Source: Coriobacteriaceae bacterium
GTDB lineage: Bacteria > Bacillota > Clostridia > Oscillospirales > CAG-272
Direction of reading: 5' to 3'
DNA: 64,000 nt
Assembly: GCA_963617165.1 (NCBI GenBank)
Contig: CAVEOF010000004.1
Location: 3,264 to 67,263, forward strand
In this document: positions 53,055 to 62,388 of the stretch, piece by piece
How positions within the stretch are numbered: the first letter of the stretch is position 1
How the letters are laid out: each line of letters begins with the position of its first letter
Position numbers and translations under genes: made by a program
The notes under the pieces: generated by a model
Databases searched by the model: none
The model's input: only the letters and a program-made list of their open reading frames with translations
What the model was told of the DNA's origin: nothing

Positions 53055-53083
53055 TTGACTTTCGCCGACGTTTCTGCTAAAAT
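53055..53083 (+). promoter_or_regulatory. Promoter TTGACT-17-TAAAAT for hpt
   Basis: ttgactttcgccgacgtttctgctaaaat, read directly. Confidence 0.6.
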
Positions 53084-53116
53084 AACGGTATCAAAAAACG
53101 AGAAAAAGGACAAACC

Positions 53117-53668
53117 ATGAACCGAGATATTGAAAAGATCATGATCTCCGCCGAGGAACTCGATAAGATCACCACCCGCCTCGCCGCAGAGATCGACCGC
53201 GATTATAAGGACAGCGACAAGAGGCTTCTGATGGTCTGTATTCTGAAAGGCTCTCTCGTCTTTATGGGCGACCTCATGAAGAAGCTGACCATCCCCGTGG
53301 AGATCGACTGCATGAAGGTCTCCTCCTACGGCAGCGGCACGGTGTCGAGCGGTTCCATCCATATCTACCTCGACCTCATCCGCTCGGATCTTCCCGAGTG
53401 CGACATCCTCATCATCGAGGACATCATCGACAGCGGCTGTACCCTCAATTATCTGACCGAGTACCTGCGCCTCAAGGGCGCGCACAGCGTGCGCACCTGC
53501 ACCCTGCTCGATAAGCCCTCCCGCCGCAAGGTCGAGTATACCCCCGATTACGTCGGCGTCGAGATCCCCGATGAATTCGTCGTCGGCTACGGACTCGACT
53601 ATGCCGAGCGCTATCGCGCCCTTCCGTATATCGGGATCTTGAAGCCCGAAGTGTACAGCGAAAACTGA
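53117..53668 (+). CDS. hpt: Hypoxanthine phosphoribosyltransferase
   Basis: 183 aa. PRPP-binding loop DILIIEDIIDSGCTL; GYGLDY. Confidence 0.9.
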   Translation: MNRDIEKIMISAEELDKITTRLAAEIDRDYKDSDKRLLMVCILKGSLVFMGDLMKKLTIPVEIDCMKVSSYGSGTVSSGSIHIYLDLIRSDLPECDILIIEDIIDSGCTLNYLTEYLRLKGAHSVRTCTLLDKPSRRKVEYTPDYVGVEIPDEFVVGYGLDYAERYRALPYIGILKPEVYSEN

Positions 53669-53669
53669 A

Positions 53670-55004
53670 ATGCCGACCGTAGGACTTTATACGCTCGGCT
53701 GTAAGGTGTCGCAGTATGAGACGGAGGCGATCGCGGAGGCATTCGCGAAGGCGGGCTACGAAGTCCTTCCTTATGAGAGCCGATGCGACGTGTACGTCAT
53801 CAATACCTGCACCGTCACGGCGGAGAGCGACAGAAAGTCAAGACAGATCATCCGCCGCGCGAGAAAGGCGAATCCCGATGCCGTCGTCTGCGTGACGGGC
53901 TGTTATGCCCAGACCTCGCCCGACGAGGTCGCCGCCGTCGAGGGCGTGGACATCGTGATCGGCACGGCGGATAAGCTCTCGCTCGTCGCCCGCGCGAAGG
54001 CGCGGCTCGATGCCAAAACGGAGGCGGCAGAGGTCTCCGTGTCTCCGCTCGACGGCGCCCCCTTTGAAAATATGTGCATCACGGGTGCCCCCCGCACCCG
54101 CGTCTATGTCAAGATCGAGGACGGTTGCGAGTGCCGCTGTACCTATTGCGCCATCCCGAACGCGAGAGGGAACGTCCGTTCCAAGCGTCCCGAGGACGTG
54201 ATCGCGGAGGTCGAGGCGCTTGCAAAGAGCGGCACGCGCGAGGTCGTCCTGACGGGGATCGAAACGGCGTCCTACGGCGCAGACTTCAAAAACGGCTATC
54301 GCCTCATCGATCTCGTCGAGGAGCTGGACAGGCGGGGAAGCGTCGGGCGGATCCGCTTCGGCTCCCTGACGCCCGAGCTCATGACGGAGGACTTCGTCCG
54401 CCGTATCGCGAGGCTTTCTTCCCCCGTCCCGCATTTTCATCTCTCGATGCAGAGCGGCTCGGACGGCGTTCTCCGCCGCATGAAGAGAAGATACAACCGC
54501 ACGCAGGCACTTGCCGCCTTGGAGCGCACCCGCGCCGCCATGCCGCGCGTTCACTTCACCACCGATCTGATGGTCGGCTTCCCGGGGGAGAGCGAGGAGG
54601 AATTCCTCGAGACGCTTGATTTCGTCCGTCGGGCGCGCTTTCTGTCGGCACACGTCTTCGCGTATTCGAGGCGGAAGAACACCCCCGCCGCGACCTATCC
54701 GGATCAGGTTCCCGAGGAAGTGAAGCACGAGCGCTCCGCGCGCCTGATCGCTCTCTGTCGGGAGATCGGGGAAGAGCTTTTGTCCGAGACCGTGCGGGCA
54801 GGGGAGCCGCTTCCCGTCATATTCGAGACGAGAGAGGGAGATCTCTTCACGGGACATTCGGATACCTTCACCGAGGTGCGCGTGAGGACGGACGGAGATC
54901 TGCACGGAGAGCTTAGAAATGTACGCCCGATCTCTCACGAAAACGGCATCCTTTACGGCGAGCTTATCGACGAGGAATCTGCCGAAAATACATCAAATAA
55001 GTAA
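53670..55004 (+). CDS. mtaB: MiaB-family radical SAM methylthiotransferase, MtaB-like
   Basis: 444 aa. N-terminal UPF0004 cysteines (LGCKVS, NTCTVT, TGCYAQ), radical SAM CRCTYCAIP and a C-terminal TRAM-like region. Confidence 0.8.
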   Translation: MPTVGLYTLGCKVSQYETEAIAEAFAKAGYEVLPYESRCDVYVINTCTVTAESDRKSRQIIRRARKANPDAVVCVTGCYAQTSPDEVAAVEGVDIVIGTADKLSLVARAKARLDAKTEAAEVSVSPLDGAPFENMCITGAPRTRVYVKIEDGCECRCTYCAIPNARGNVRSKRPEDVIAEVEALAKSGTREVVLTGIETASYGADFKNGYRLIDLVEELDRRGSVGRIRFGSLTPELMTEDFVRRIARLSSPVPHFHLSMQSGSDGVLRRMKRRYNRTQALAALERTRAAMPRVHFTTDLMVGFPGESEEEFLETLDFVRRARFLSAHVFAYSRRKNTPAATYPDQVPEEVKHERSARLIALCREIGEELLSETVRAGEPLPVIFETREGDLFTGHSDTFTEVRVRTDGDLHGELRNVRPISHENGILYGELIDEESAENTSNK

Positions 55005-55032
55005 AGAAAACTATACAATTTGGAGATAAAAG

Positions 55033-56424
55033 ATGGAAAACAGCAAAAAGACAATGGACAAGATCGTAGCGCTCTGCAAGACGCGCGGCTTCATTTTTCC
55101 GGGCTCCGAGATCTACGGCGGACTTGCCAACTCGTGGGATTACGGCCCCCTCGGCGTCGCGTTCAAGAACAACGTAAAGCGCGCGTGGTGGAAGAAATTC
55201 GTGGAGGAATCCCGCTACAACGTGGGACTTGATGCCGCGATCATCATGAACCCCGAGACGTGGGTCGCATCGGGACACGTCGGCGGCTTCTCCGACCCCC
55301 TGATGGATTGCCGTCAGTGCAAGGCGAGACACAGAGCGGATAAGCTCATCGAGGATTACGCGTTCCAAAACGGCACAAACGACAACCCCGCGGCATGGAG
55401 CTTTGAGGAGATGGCGGCGTTCATCAAAGAGAAGAACATCGCCTGCCCGATCTGCGGCGGACACGATTTCACCGAGATCAAGAAATTCAACCTCATGTTC
55501 AAGACCTTCATCGGCGTCACCGAGGATTCCTCGAGCACCGTGTATCTGCGTCCCGAGACCGCGCAGGGCATTTTCGTCAATTTCCCCGCGGTACAGCGCT
55601 CGACGAGAAAGAAGCTCCCCTTCGGTATCGGACAGATCGGTAAGGCGTTCCGCAACGAGATCACCCCCGGCAACTTCACCTTCCGTACCCGTGAGTTCGA
55701 GCAGATGGAGCTCGAGTTCTTCTGCAAGCCGGGCACCGACCTCGAATGGTTCGCCTATTGGAAGGACTATTGCCACAAATTCCTCCTCTCCCTCGGCATG
55801 AAGGACGAGAACCTTCGCCTGCGCGACCATGATAAGGAAGAGCTTTGCTTCTACTCCAAAGCGACGACCGACTTCGAGTTCCTCTTCCCCTTCGGATGGG
55901 GTGAGCTTTGGGGTCTTGCCGACCGCACCGACTACGACCTCGGTCAGCATCAGAAATTCTCGGGCAAGGACATGACCTACTTCGACCCCGAGACGAACGA
56001 GCACTACCTCCCCTACGTTATCGAGCCCTCCCTCGGCGCCGACCGCGTTGCCCTCGCTTTCCTTGTCGACGCATACGACGAGGAGACGATCGGAGAAGGG
56101 GACGTACGCACCGTGCTTCACCTTCATCCCGCTCTCGCTCCCTTCAAGGCGGCGGTGCTTCCCCTCTCGAAGAAGCTCTCCGAGAAGGCGCTCGCCCTCT
56201 TTGACGACCTCGCGAAGTCCTTTGCCTGCGACTTCGACGAGACGGGCTCCATCGGTAAGAGATACCGCAGAGAGGATGAGATCGGTACCCCCTTCTGCAT
56301 CACCTACGACTTCGAGTCGGAAAACGACGGATGCGTCACCGTCCGCGACCGCGACACGATGGAGCAGATCCGTCTCCCCATCACCGAGGTCAAGGCGTAT
56401 ATCGAAAAGCATCTTGAATTTTAA
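55033..56424 (+). CDS. glyQS: Glycine--tRNA ligase (homodimeric GlyQS type)
   Basis: 463 aa. [38 protein letters not shown] and class II motifs. Confidence 0.92.
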   Translation: MENSKKTMDKIVALCKTRGFIFPGSEIYGGLANSWDYGPLGVAFKNNVKRAWWKKFVEESRYNVGLDAAIIMNPETWVASGHVGGFSDPLMDCRQCKARHRADKLIEDYAFQNGTNDNPAAWSFEEMAAFIKEKNIACPICGGHDFTEIKKFNLMFKTFIGVTEDSSSTVYLRPETAQGIFVNFPAVQRSTRKKLPFGIGQIGKAFRNEITPGNFTFRTREFEQMELEFFCKPGTDLEWFAYWKDYCHKFLLSLGMKDENLRLRDHDKEELCFYSKATTDFEFLFPFGWGELWGLADRTDYDLGQHQKFSGKDMTYFDPETNEHYLPYVIEPSLGADRVALAFLVDAYDEETIGEGDVRTVLHLHPALAPFKAAVLPLSKKLSEKALALFDDLAKSFACDFDETGSIGKRYRREDEIGTPFCITYDFESENDGCVTVRDRDTMEQIRLPITEVKAYIEKHLEF

Positions 56425-56492
56425 GAAAAAGGAAAACTTCGGAATGACAGCTTCGGAAGGATGAATTCACTTCCGAATTCCGAGCTTTTCTT

Positions 56493-56545
56493 CAGACGGA
56501 AGCGCCTCCCGTTCATCGCGAACGGGAGGCGCTTCCGTCTGCTTG
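56493..56545 (+). terminator. Long perfect hairpin after glyQS (21-bp stem CAGACGGAAGCGCCTCCCGTT / AACGGGAGGCGCTTCCGTCTG)
   Basis: Read directly. The T-run is weak (cttgtt). Confidence 0.6.
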
Positions 56546-56597
56546 TTGAAATCGCCGAAAAAGCCTGTGCACTATGACTAAAAACGCCCGAATTCTC

Positions 56598-56626
56598 TTG
56601 ACATTATACGCACGCGGTCTTATAAT
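56598..56626 (+). promoter_or_regulatory. Consensus promoter TTGACA-17-TATAAT for the heparinase-like gene array
   Basis: ttgacattatacgcacgcggtcttataat, read directly. The leader contains a TGCCGCC/GGCGGCA hairpin abutting the AGGAGG RBS. Confidence 0.75.
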
Positions 56627-56703
56627 GAAGAATGACATGCACCAAAGAAAAAATGTGCGTGCCGGAAAGACAATTGCCGCCTGACGGCGGCAGGAGGAAA
56701 TCT

Positions 56704-58515
56704 ATGTCAAGAATTTTTGCAGAGCGCGGAATGCGCGCCGACGGGAACATACTTTCGTTTGAAAAGTTCCGCCTCTTCATCGATGAAAAGGATCCGAAGT
56801 TCGACAACGAAAAGCTCGCGAAGGTCGTCGCGAACGCCGAGAAAATGCTCGAAGAGCCGATTCCGTTTCTTCCCGCTTCTCTCTATCGCGAGTTTTCGGT
56901 CAACGGGAACCGCTCGCATTTCGAGGGTCCGTATTTCCGTCGCCGCGACATGGCGTATACGCTTGCTCTCGCGGAAGCTTATGAGAAAAAGGCACGCTTT
57001 TCCGAAAAACTCATGGACGTCGTCTGGGCAATCCTCGAGGAGACGAGCTGGGTGATCCCTGCGCACAACTACAACAATCCTCTATATACCGAATTCGGGA
57101 TTCCTGCCGTTTACGGAGACAGGATGCACGGCATCGACCTTTTCTCCGCTATGACGGGCGCCGTTCTCGCTACGGTTTATCGTTTTGCCGGTGATGCATT
57201 GGATAAAATCACCCCCGTGATTACCGAACGTCTTCTGTATGAGACGCATCACCGCCTGATCGTCCCGTATCTTCATTGCTGCTTCTGGTGGACGGGAGAG
57301 CGAGGAAATAAGACGAACAACTGGAACCCGTGGATTCATTCGAACCTTTTGTTCCTCACCGCCCTCACCGAAAAGGACGAGTATCTCCGTACCCGCATAA
57401 CGAAAAAGTGCATGGAGGGACTCGATAACTTCATCTCCTTCTATCCCGCGGACGGCGGATGCGACGAGGGCCCGAGCTATTTCGGTGCCGCAGGTGCATC
57501 CTACTTCGACGCTCTCGAGCTTCTCTACGACATGTCGGGCGGAAAGATCAACGTCTTCGATCATCCGCTGGTCAAGAACGTCGGCGAGTACGCCGTGAAG
57601 TTCAACATCGCGGGCAACCGCGTCATCAACTTTGCCGACTGCGGTCCCACCTGCCATATGGACGGCGCGATGCTCTATCGCTTCGGACACAGGACGGGCT
57701 CGCGGATCCTCGAGGAATTCGGCAGAGAACAGTCCTATGGCGGCAGTGTCGGCAGCGGCTGGCAACTGTACCGCGGACTCTATAACTACATCACCCCCGA
57801 GGTCAAGGAGGATCCCCACAGGATCGCCGCGACGAAGATCTGGTTCCCCGACCTCAAGGTCATGGCGGCGCGCGAGAGCGAGGACCCGACGAAGGGCATG
57901 TTCGTCGCCATGAAGGGCGGGAACAACAACGAGTCGCATAACCATAACGACGTCGGCAATATCATCGTCTACCATGACGGCAATCCCGTTCTGATCGATA
58001 CGGGCGTCGGCACCTATACGAAGCAGACCTTCTCCTCCCGTCGGTACGAGCTCTGGTTCATGCAGTCCTCCTACCATAACCTTCCCGACGTCGGCGGTGT
58101 CGCCGAGAAGAACGGCGGCGCCTTCCGCTCGAAAGACGAGGTCTACGACGAGGCGACGGGCGGCGTAAAGATGGAGCTGTGCGACGCTTATCCGAAGGAC
58201 GCCGGACTTCTCTCCTACACGAGAGAAACGGTTCTTGCGGGCGGTGTCGTCACGGTCACCGATGCCCTCTCCCTCACGGAAGAAAAGGAGATCGACTTCC
58301 ACTATATGTCCCCCGTGAAGCCGACGCTCGAAGGCAATACCATCGCCCTCGCCGAGGGACGCACGATGACCTTCGACCCCCGCCTCACCCCCGAGATCGA
58401 GGAGTTTGAGGTCAAAGACGGCGGCATCGAGCGCAACTGGAAGTCTCCCGTTCTTTGGAGAATTCACCTTCGTGTAAAAGCCAAAGAGGGCAGGTACACC
58501 CTTACCGTAAAATAA
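56704..58515 (+). CDS. Heparinase II/III-like protein, paralogue 1
   Basis: ORF 56632..58515. I prefer ATG 56704 (MSRIFAERGMRADGN) with AGGAGG upstream. 603 aa. Conserved GGNNNESHNHNDVGNIIVYHDGNPVLIDTGVGTYTK...SSYHNLP. Family call is from motif memory. Confidence 0.7.
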   Translation: MSRIFAERGMRADGNILSFEKFRLFIDEKDPKFDNEKLAKVVANAEKMLEEPIPFLPASLYREFSVNGNRSHFEGPYFRRRDMAYTLALAEAYEKKARFSEKLMDVVWAILEETSWVIPAHNYNNPLYTEFGIPAVYGDRMHGIDLFSAMTGAVLATVYRFAGDALDKITPVITERLLYETHHRLIVPYLHCCFWWTGERGNKTNNWNPWIHSNLLFLTALTEKDEYLRTRITKKCMEGLDNFISFYPADGGCDEGPSYFGAAGASYFDALELLYDMSGGKINVFDHPLVKNVGEYAVKFNIAGNRVINFADCGPTCHMDGAMLYRFGHRTGSRILEEFGREQSYGGSVGSGWQLYRGLYNYITPEVKEDPHRIAATKIWFPDLKVMAARESEDPTKGMFVAMKGGNNNESHNHNDVGNIIVYHDGNPVLIDTGVGTYTKQTFSSRRYELWFMQSSYHNLPDVGGVAEKNGGAFRSKDEVYDEATGGVKMELCDAYPKDAGLLSYTRETVLAGGVVTVTDALSLTEEKEIDFHYMSPVKPTLEGNTIALAEGRTMTFDPRLTPEIEEFEVKDGGIERNWKSPVLWRIHLRVKAKEGRYTLTVK

Positions 58516-58589
58516 GATAGAAAAACGTTTTTATCCGATAGTTCGATTTCAAAAGAAGCCTTTTCATTTTAGTTAGTAAGGAGAATCTT

Positions 58590-60401
58590 ATGTCAAGAAT
58601 TTTTGCCGAACGCGGTATGCATGCCGACGGGAACGTGCTTCCGTTTGATAAATTTCGCCTTTTCATCGATGAAAAAGATCCGAAATTCGATGACGAAAAA
58701 ATGTCGCAGGTCGTAAAACGCGCCGAGAGCCTGCTCAATGAGCCGATTCCCTTATTGTCCGCGTCACTTTATCGCGAGTATGTCGTTATCGGAAATCGTC
58801 GTAATTATGAAGGACCGTATTTCCTTCGCCGTGCCATGGCGCTGTCGCTCGCCATGGCGGAAGCGTATGAAAAACAAGGGCGATTCTCGGAGAAGCTGAT
58901 GGACGTTGTCTGGGCGATTCTCGAGGAGACAAGCTGGGTGGTTCCCGCGCACAACTACAACAACCCTCTATATACCGAATTCGGGATTCCTGCCGTCTAC
59001 GGAGACAGGATGCACGGCATCGATCTCTTTTCCGCGGCGACGGGAGCCGTTCTTGCTACGGTTTATCGTTTTGCCGGGGATGCATTGGACAAAATCACCC
59101 CCGTTATCACCGAGCGTCTGCTCTATGAGACGCACCATCGTCTGATTGTTCCTTATCTCAACTGTTCCTTCTGGTGGACGGGGGAAAGAGGTAACCGCCC
59201 GAACAACTGGAACCCGTGGATTCATTCAAACCTTCTGCTCATCACCGCCCTGACCGAAAAGGATGACTATCTTCGTACCCGTATCACGGGAAAATGCATG
59301 CAGATGCTCGATAACTTCGTTGCCGATTACCCCGCGGACGGCGGGTGCGACGAGGGGCCCGGCTATTTTGAAGTCGCGGGTGCGTCCTACTTTGACTCAC
59401 TCGAGCTTCTCTACGACATGACGGGCGGTAAGGTCAACGTCTTCGACCATCCGCTGGTGCGTGCCATCGGAGAATACGAGGTCAAGTTCAACATCGCCGG
59501 TAACCGTTATATCAACTTCGCCGACTGTGCGGCCACTTGCCGCATCCCCGGTGCGATGCTCACCCGTTTCGGTCGACGTACCGGATCGAAAATTCTTGAG
59601 GAGTTCGGCGAAGAACAGGCTTTGGCGGGTCACCTCGAGGACACAGGGAAACTCTACCGTTGCATTTACAACTATTTTACCCCCACGGTAAAGCCGAAAA
59701 GCGGCAGAGTCGCCGCGACGAAAATCTGGTTTCCGAATTTGAAGGTCATGGTGACGCGCGAGAGCGAGGATCCGACGAAGGGCATGTTCGTCGCCATGAA
59801 GGGCGGGAACAACAACGAGTCGCATAACCATAACGACGTCGGCAATATCATCGTCTACCATGACGGCAATCCCGTTCTGATTGACGCGGGCGTCGGGGTC
59901 TATACGAAGAAGACTTTTTCGTCTCAACGCTATGAGCTCTGGTACATGCAGTCCTCTTATCATAACCTCCCCGACATCGGCGGTGTCGCCGAGAAGAACG
60001 GCAGTACCTTCCGCTCTACGGACGAGACTTACGATGAGAAGACGGGCGGCGTAAAAATGGAGCTCGGCGGCGCCTACCCGAAGGAGGCGGGCATTCTCTC
60101 CTATACGAGAGAGACGGTTCTCTCGGGCGGTACCGTTACGGTTACCGACACGCTCTCTCTCTCGGAGGAAAAGGAGATCGACTTCCACTATATGTCCCCC
60201 GTGAAGCCGGTGCTCGAAGGCAATACCGTCGCTCTCGCCGAAGGTCGCACAATGACCTTCGATTCCCGTCTCGTTCCCGAAATCGAAGAATTCGAGGCGG
60301 AAGACAGGAACATCGAGAACAACTGGAAGTCTCCCGTCCTTTGGAGAATTCATCTTCGCGTAAAAGCCAAAGAGGGCAGTTACATCGTTACCGTACAATA
60401 A
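58590..60401 (+). CDS. Heparinase II/III-like protein, paralogue 2
   Basis: 603 aa, colinear with paralogue 1 and differing only by substitutions as far as I can read. Confidence 0.7.
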   Translation: MSRIFAERGMHADGNVLPFDKFRLFIDEKDPKFDDEKMSQVVKRAESLLNEPIPLLSASLYREYVVIGNRRNYEGPYFLRRAMALSLAMAEAYEKQGRFSEKLMDVVWAILEETSWVVPAHNYNNPLYTEFGIPAVYGDRMHGIDLFSAATGAVLATVYRFAGDALDKITPVITERLLYETHHRLIVPYLNCSFWWTGERGNRPNNWNPWIHSNLLLITALTEKDDYLRTRITGKCMQMLDNFVADYPADGGCDEGPGYFEVAGASYFDSLELLYDMTGGKVNVFDHPLVRAIGEYEVKFNIAGNRYINFADCAATCRIPGAMLTRFGRRTGSKILEEFGEEQALAGHLEDTGKLYRCIYNYFTPTVKPKSGRVAATKIWFPNLKVMVTRESEDPTKGMFVAMKGGNNNESHNHNDVGNIIVYHDGNPVLIDAGVGVYTKKTFSSQRYELWYMQSSYHNLPDIGGVAEKNGSTFRSTDETYDEKTGGVKMELGGAYPKEAGILSYTRETVLSGGTVTVTDTLSLSEEKEIDFHYMSPVKPVLEGNTVALAEGRTMTFDSRLVPEIEEFEAEDRNIENNWKSPVLWRIHLRVKAKEGSYIVTVQ

Positions 60402-60454
60402 AATCGCAAATTTGAGAATAAATATTTATATAAAGACGAAAATTGGAGTCCGAA

Positions 60455-62266
60455 ATGCCGAAGATCTTTGAAGAAAGAAAAGTAAAAGCGAAGGGGAATC
60501 TTCTCCCTTTTGAAGAATTTTTCCTCTACCGCGACCTTCCGCGCGACAGGGCGCCAGACCCCGAAAAGCTCGCAAAGATCATAAAGCGCGCCGAGGGCTA
60601 CCTCACGGAGGAGATCCCGATGCTCCCCCTTTCCCTCTATCGCGAATTCTTCACGAACGGGAATCGCTCCGATTACGAGAATCCGCGGGGCAAGCGCCGC
60701 TCTATGCTGGAGGCACTTGCCATCGCGGAGCATTTCGAGGGAAAAGGACGCTTTGCCGAGAAGCTCGCGGATGTCCTTTGGGCGATCTTTGAGGAGTCCT
60801 CGTGGGTCATTCACGCCCATGCGGTGCACGTCCCCGTCTACGGCGCCTCTCAGTCGGTGCCCACCACCTTCGGCGATCGGATGCACGGCATCGATCTCGG
60901 CTCCGCCGACACGGCGGCACGGGTCGCGATGACGTGGTACCTCTGCCACGACGCGCTCGACGCGATCTCCCCGACGATTGGGGAGCGCCTCCTTTACGAG
61001 CTGAACGAGCGCGCGGTGAAGCCCTACCTCAACGCCGTCTTCGGCTGGTCGGGCGAGCGGGGCAACCGCGTCAACAACTGGAACCCCTACGTGCACGTTC
61101 ATCTTCTGACCGCGACCGCTCTCGCCGTGAAGGATCCCTATCTCCGTGAACACATGACCGAGAAGATCATGACTCTGCTCGACAACTTCGTGAAATTCTA
61201 TTCGCCCGACGGCGGTTGCGACGAGGGCCCCGGCTACTTCACCATGGCGGGTGGCTGTTACTTCGACGCGCTCGAGCTTCTTTACGATATGTCGGGCGGA
61301 AAGATCGACGTCTTCGATCATCCCCTCGTGCGCGCCATCGGCGAGTATGAGGTCAACTTCAATATCGCGGGCGACCGCTTCATCAACTTCGCCGATTGTT
61401 CGGCACGGCTCGTGACCGACGGCGCGCGCCTCGTCCGCTTCGGCAGGCGGGTCGGCTCGGAGGTCCTCGTTTCTTTCGGCGAGTCGCAGATGGCGCTCGG
61501 CGGTTCCCCCGGCGGGCTCAGCTATTGCGGTCTGCGCAATCTTTACGAGCATACGCCCGAAAAGATCATTCCGAAGGCGAAAACGAAGATCTGGTTTCCC
61601 GATCTCAAGGTCATGGCGGCGCGAGAGAGCGAGGACCCGACAAAGGGCATGTTCGTTGCCATGAAGGGCGGGAACAACAACGAGTCGCATAACCACAACG
61701 ACATCGGCAATATCATCGTCTATCATGACGGCGATCCCGTGCTCATCGACTCGGGCGTCGGCACCTATACGAAGCAGACCTTCTCGGCGCGGCGCTACGA
61801 GCTTTGGTATATGCAGTCCTCTTATCATAACCTCCCCGAGATCGGCGGTGTAGCAGAGAAGAACGGCGGCGCCTTCGCCTCTTCGGATGAGGTCTACGAC
61901 GAGGAGACGGGCGGCGTGAAGATGGAGCTCGGCGGCGCCTACCCGAAGGAGGCGGGCATCCTCTCCTACACGCGGGAGACGGTGCTTTCGGGCGATACCG
62001 TCACGGTCACCGATACGCTCTCCCTCACGGAAGAAAAGGAGATCGACTTTCATTTCCTAAGCCCCGTGAAGGCAGAAGGGGGCGACGGCGTGCTTTCCCT
62101 TGCCGCGGGACGCAGGATGACCTATGACCCCTCCCTCACCCTGACCGTCGAGGAATTCAAGATCGGCGACGGCAGACTCGAAAAGGCGTGGAACTCCGAG
62201 GTTCTCTGGAGAATTTCTTTGAAAACTACCAAAAGATCGGGCACCTTCCGCTTCACGATCCGATAA
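60455..62266 (+). CDS. Heparinase II/III-like protein, paralogue 3 (more divergent)
   Basis: ORF 60443..62266. Likely start is ATG 60455 (MPKIFEERKVKAKGN). Same conserved core: GGNNNESHNHNDIGNIIVYHDGDPVLIDSGVGTYTK. Confidence 0.7.
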   Translation: MPKIFEERKVKAKGNLLPFEEFFLYRDLPRDRAPDPEKLAKIIKRAEGYLTEEIPMLPLSLYREFFTNGNRSDYENPRGKRRSMLEALAIAEHFEGKGRFAEKLADVLWAIFEESSWVIHAHAVHVPVYGASQSVPTTFGDRMHGIDLGSADTAARVAMTWYLCHDALDAISPTIGERLLYELNERAVKPYLNAVFGWSGERGNRVNNWNPYVHVHLLTATALAVKDPYLREHMTEKIMTLLDNFVKFYSPDGGCDEGPGYFTMAGGCYFDALELLYDMSGGKIDVFDHPLVRAIGEYEVNFNIAGDRFINFADCSARLVTDGARLVRFGRRVGSEVLVSFGESQMALGGSPGGLSYCGLRNLYEHTPEKIIPKAKTKIWFPDLKVMAARESEDPTKGMFVAMKGGNNNESHNHNDIGNIIVYHDGDPVLIDSGVGTYTKQTFSARRYELWYMQSSYHNLPEIGGVAEKNGGAFASSDEVYDEETGGVKMELGGAYPKEAGILSYTRETVLSGDTVTVTDTLSLTEEKEIDFHFLSPVKAEGGDGVLSLAAGRRMTYDPSLTLTVEEFKIGDGRLEKAWNSEVLWRISLKTTKRSGTFRFTIR

Positions 62267-62315
62267 AAAGACTGCCGCAGGAAGCGCATAAAACGAAAGA
62301 TCCGAACGAGTACGC

Positions 62316-62355
62316 AAAAATGACCGAGAGATCAAGAAACCTCCCGGTCATTTTT
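62316..62355. terminator. Bidirectional terminator-like hairpin between the heparinase array and the convergent araC gene
   Basis: aaaaaTGACCGAGAG-atcaagaaac-CTCCCGGTCAttttt, with one mismatch in the stem. Confidence 0.6.
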
Positions 62356-62388
62356 CATTTGTAAAAAATACGGAATGCGGCAGCTTTT

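Noticed and set aside
52919-53116. Possible oriC in the rpmH-hpt spacer
   Set aside because: I found no 9-mer within one mismatch of TTATCCACA on either strand, and no dnaA gene. There are only two divergent promoters.
60380-62053. 557-aa minus-strand ORF, with similar ones at 57082-58467 and 59397-60398
   Set aside because: They are antisense to the heparinase-like paralogues. Their recurrence simply mirrors the triplication.
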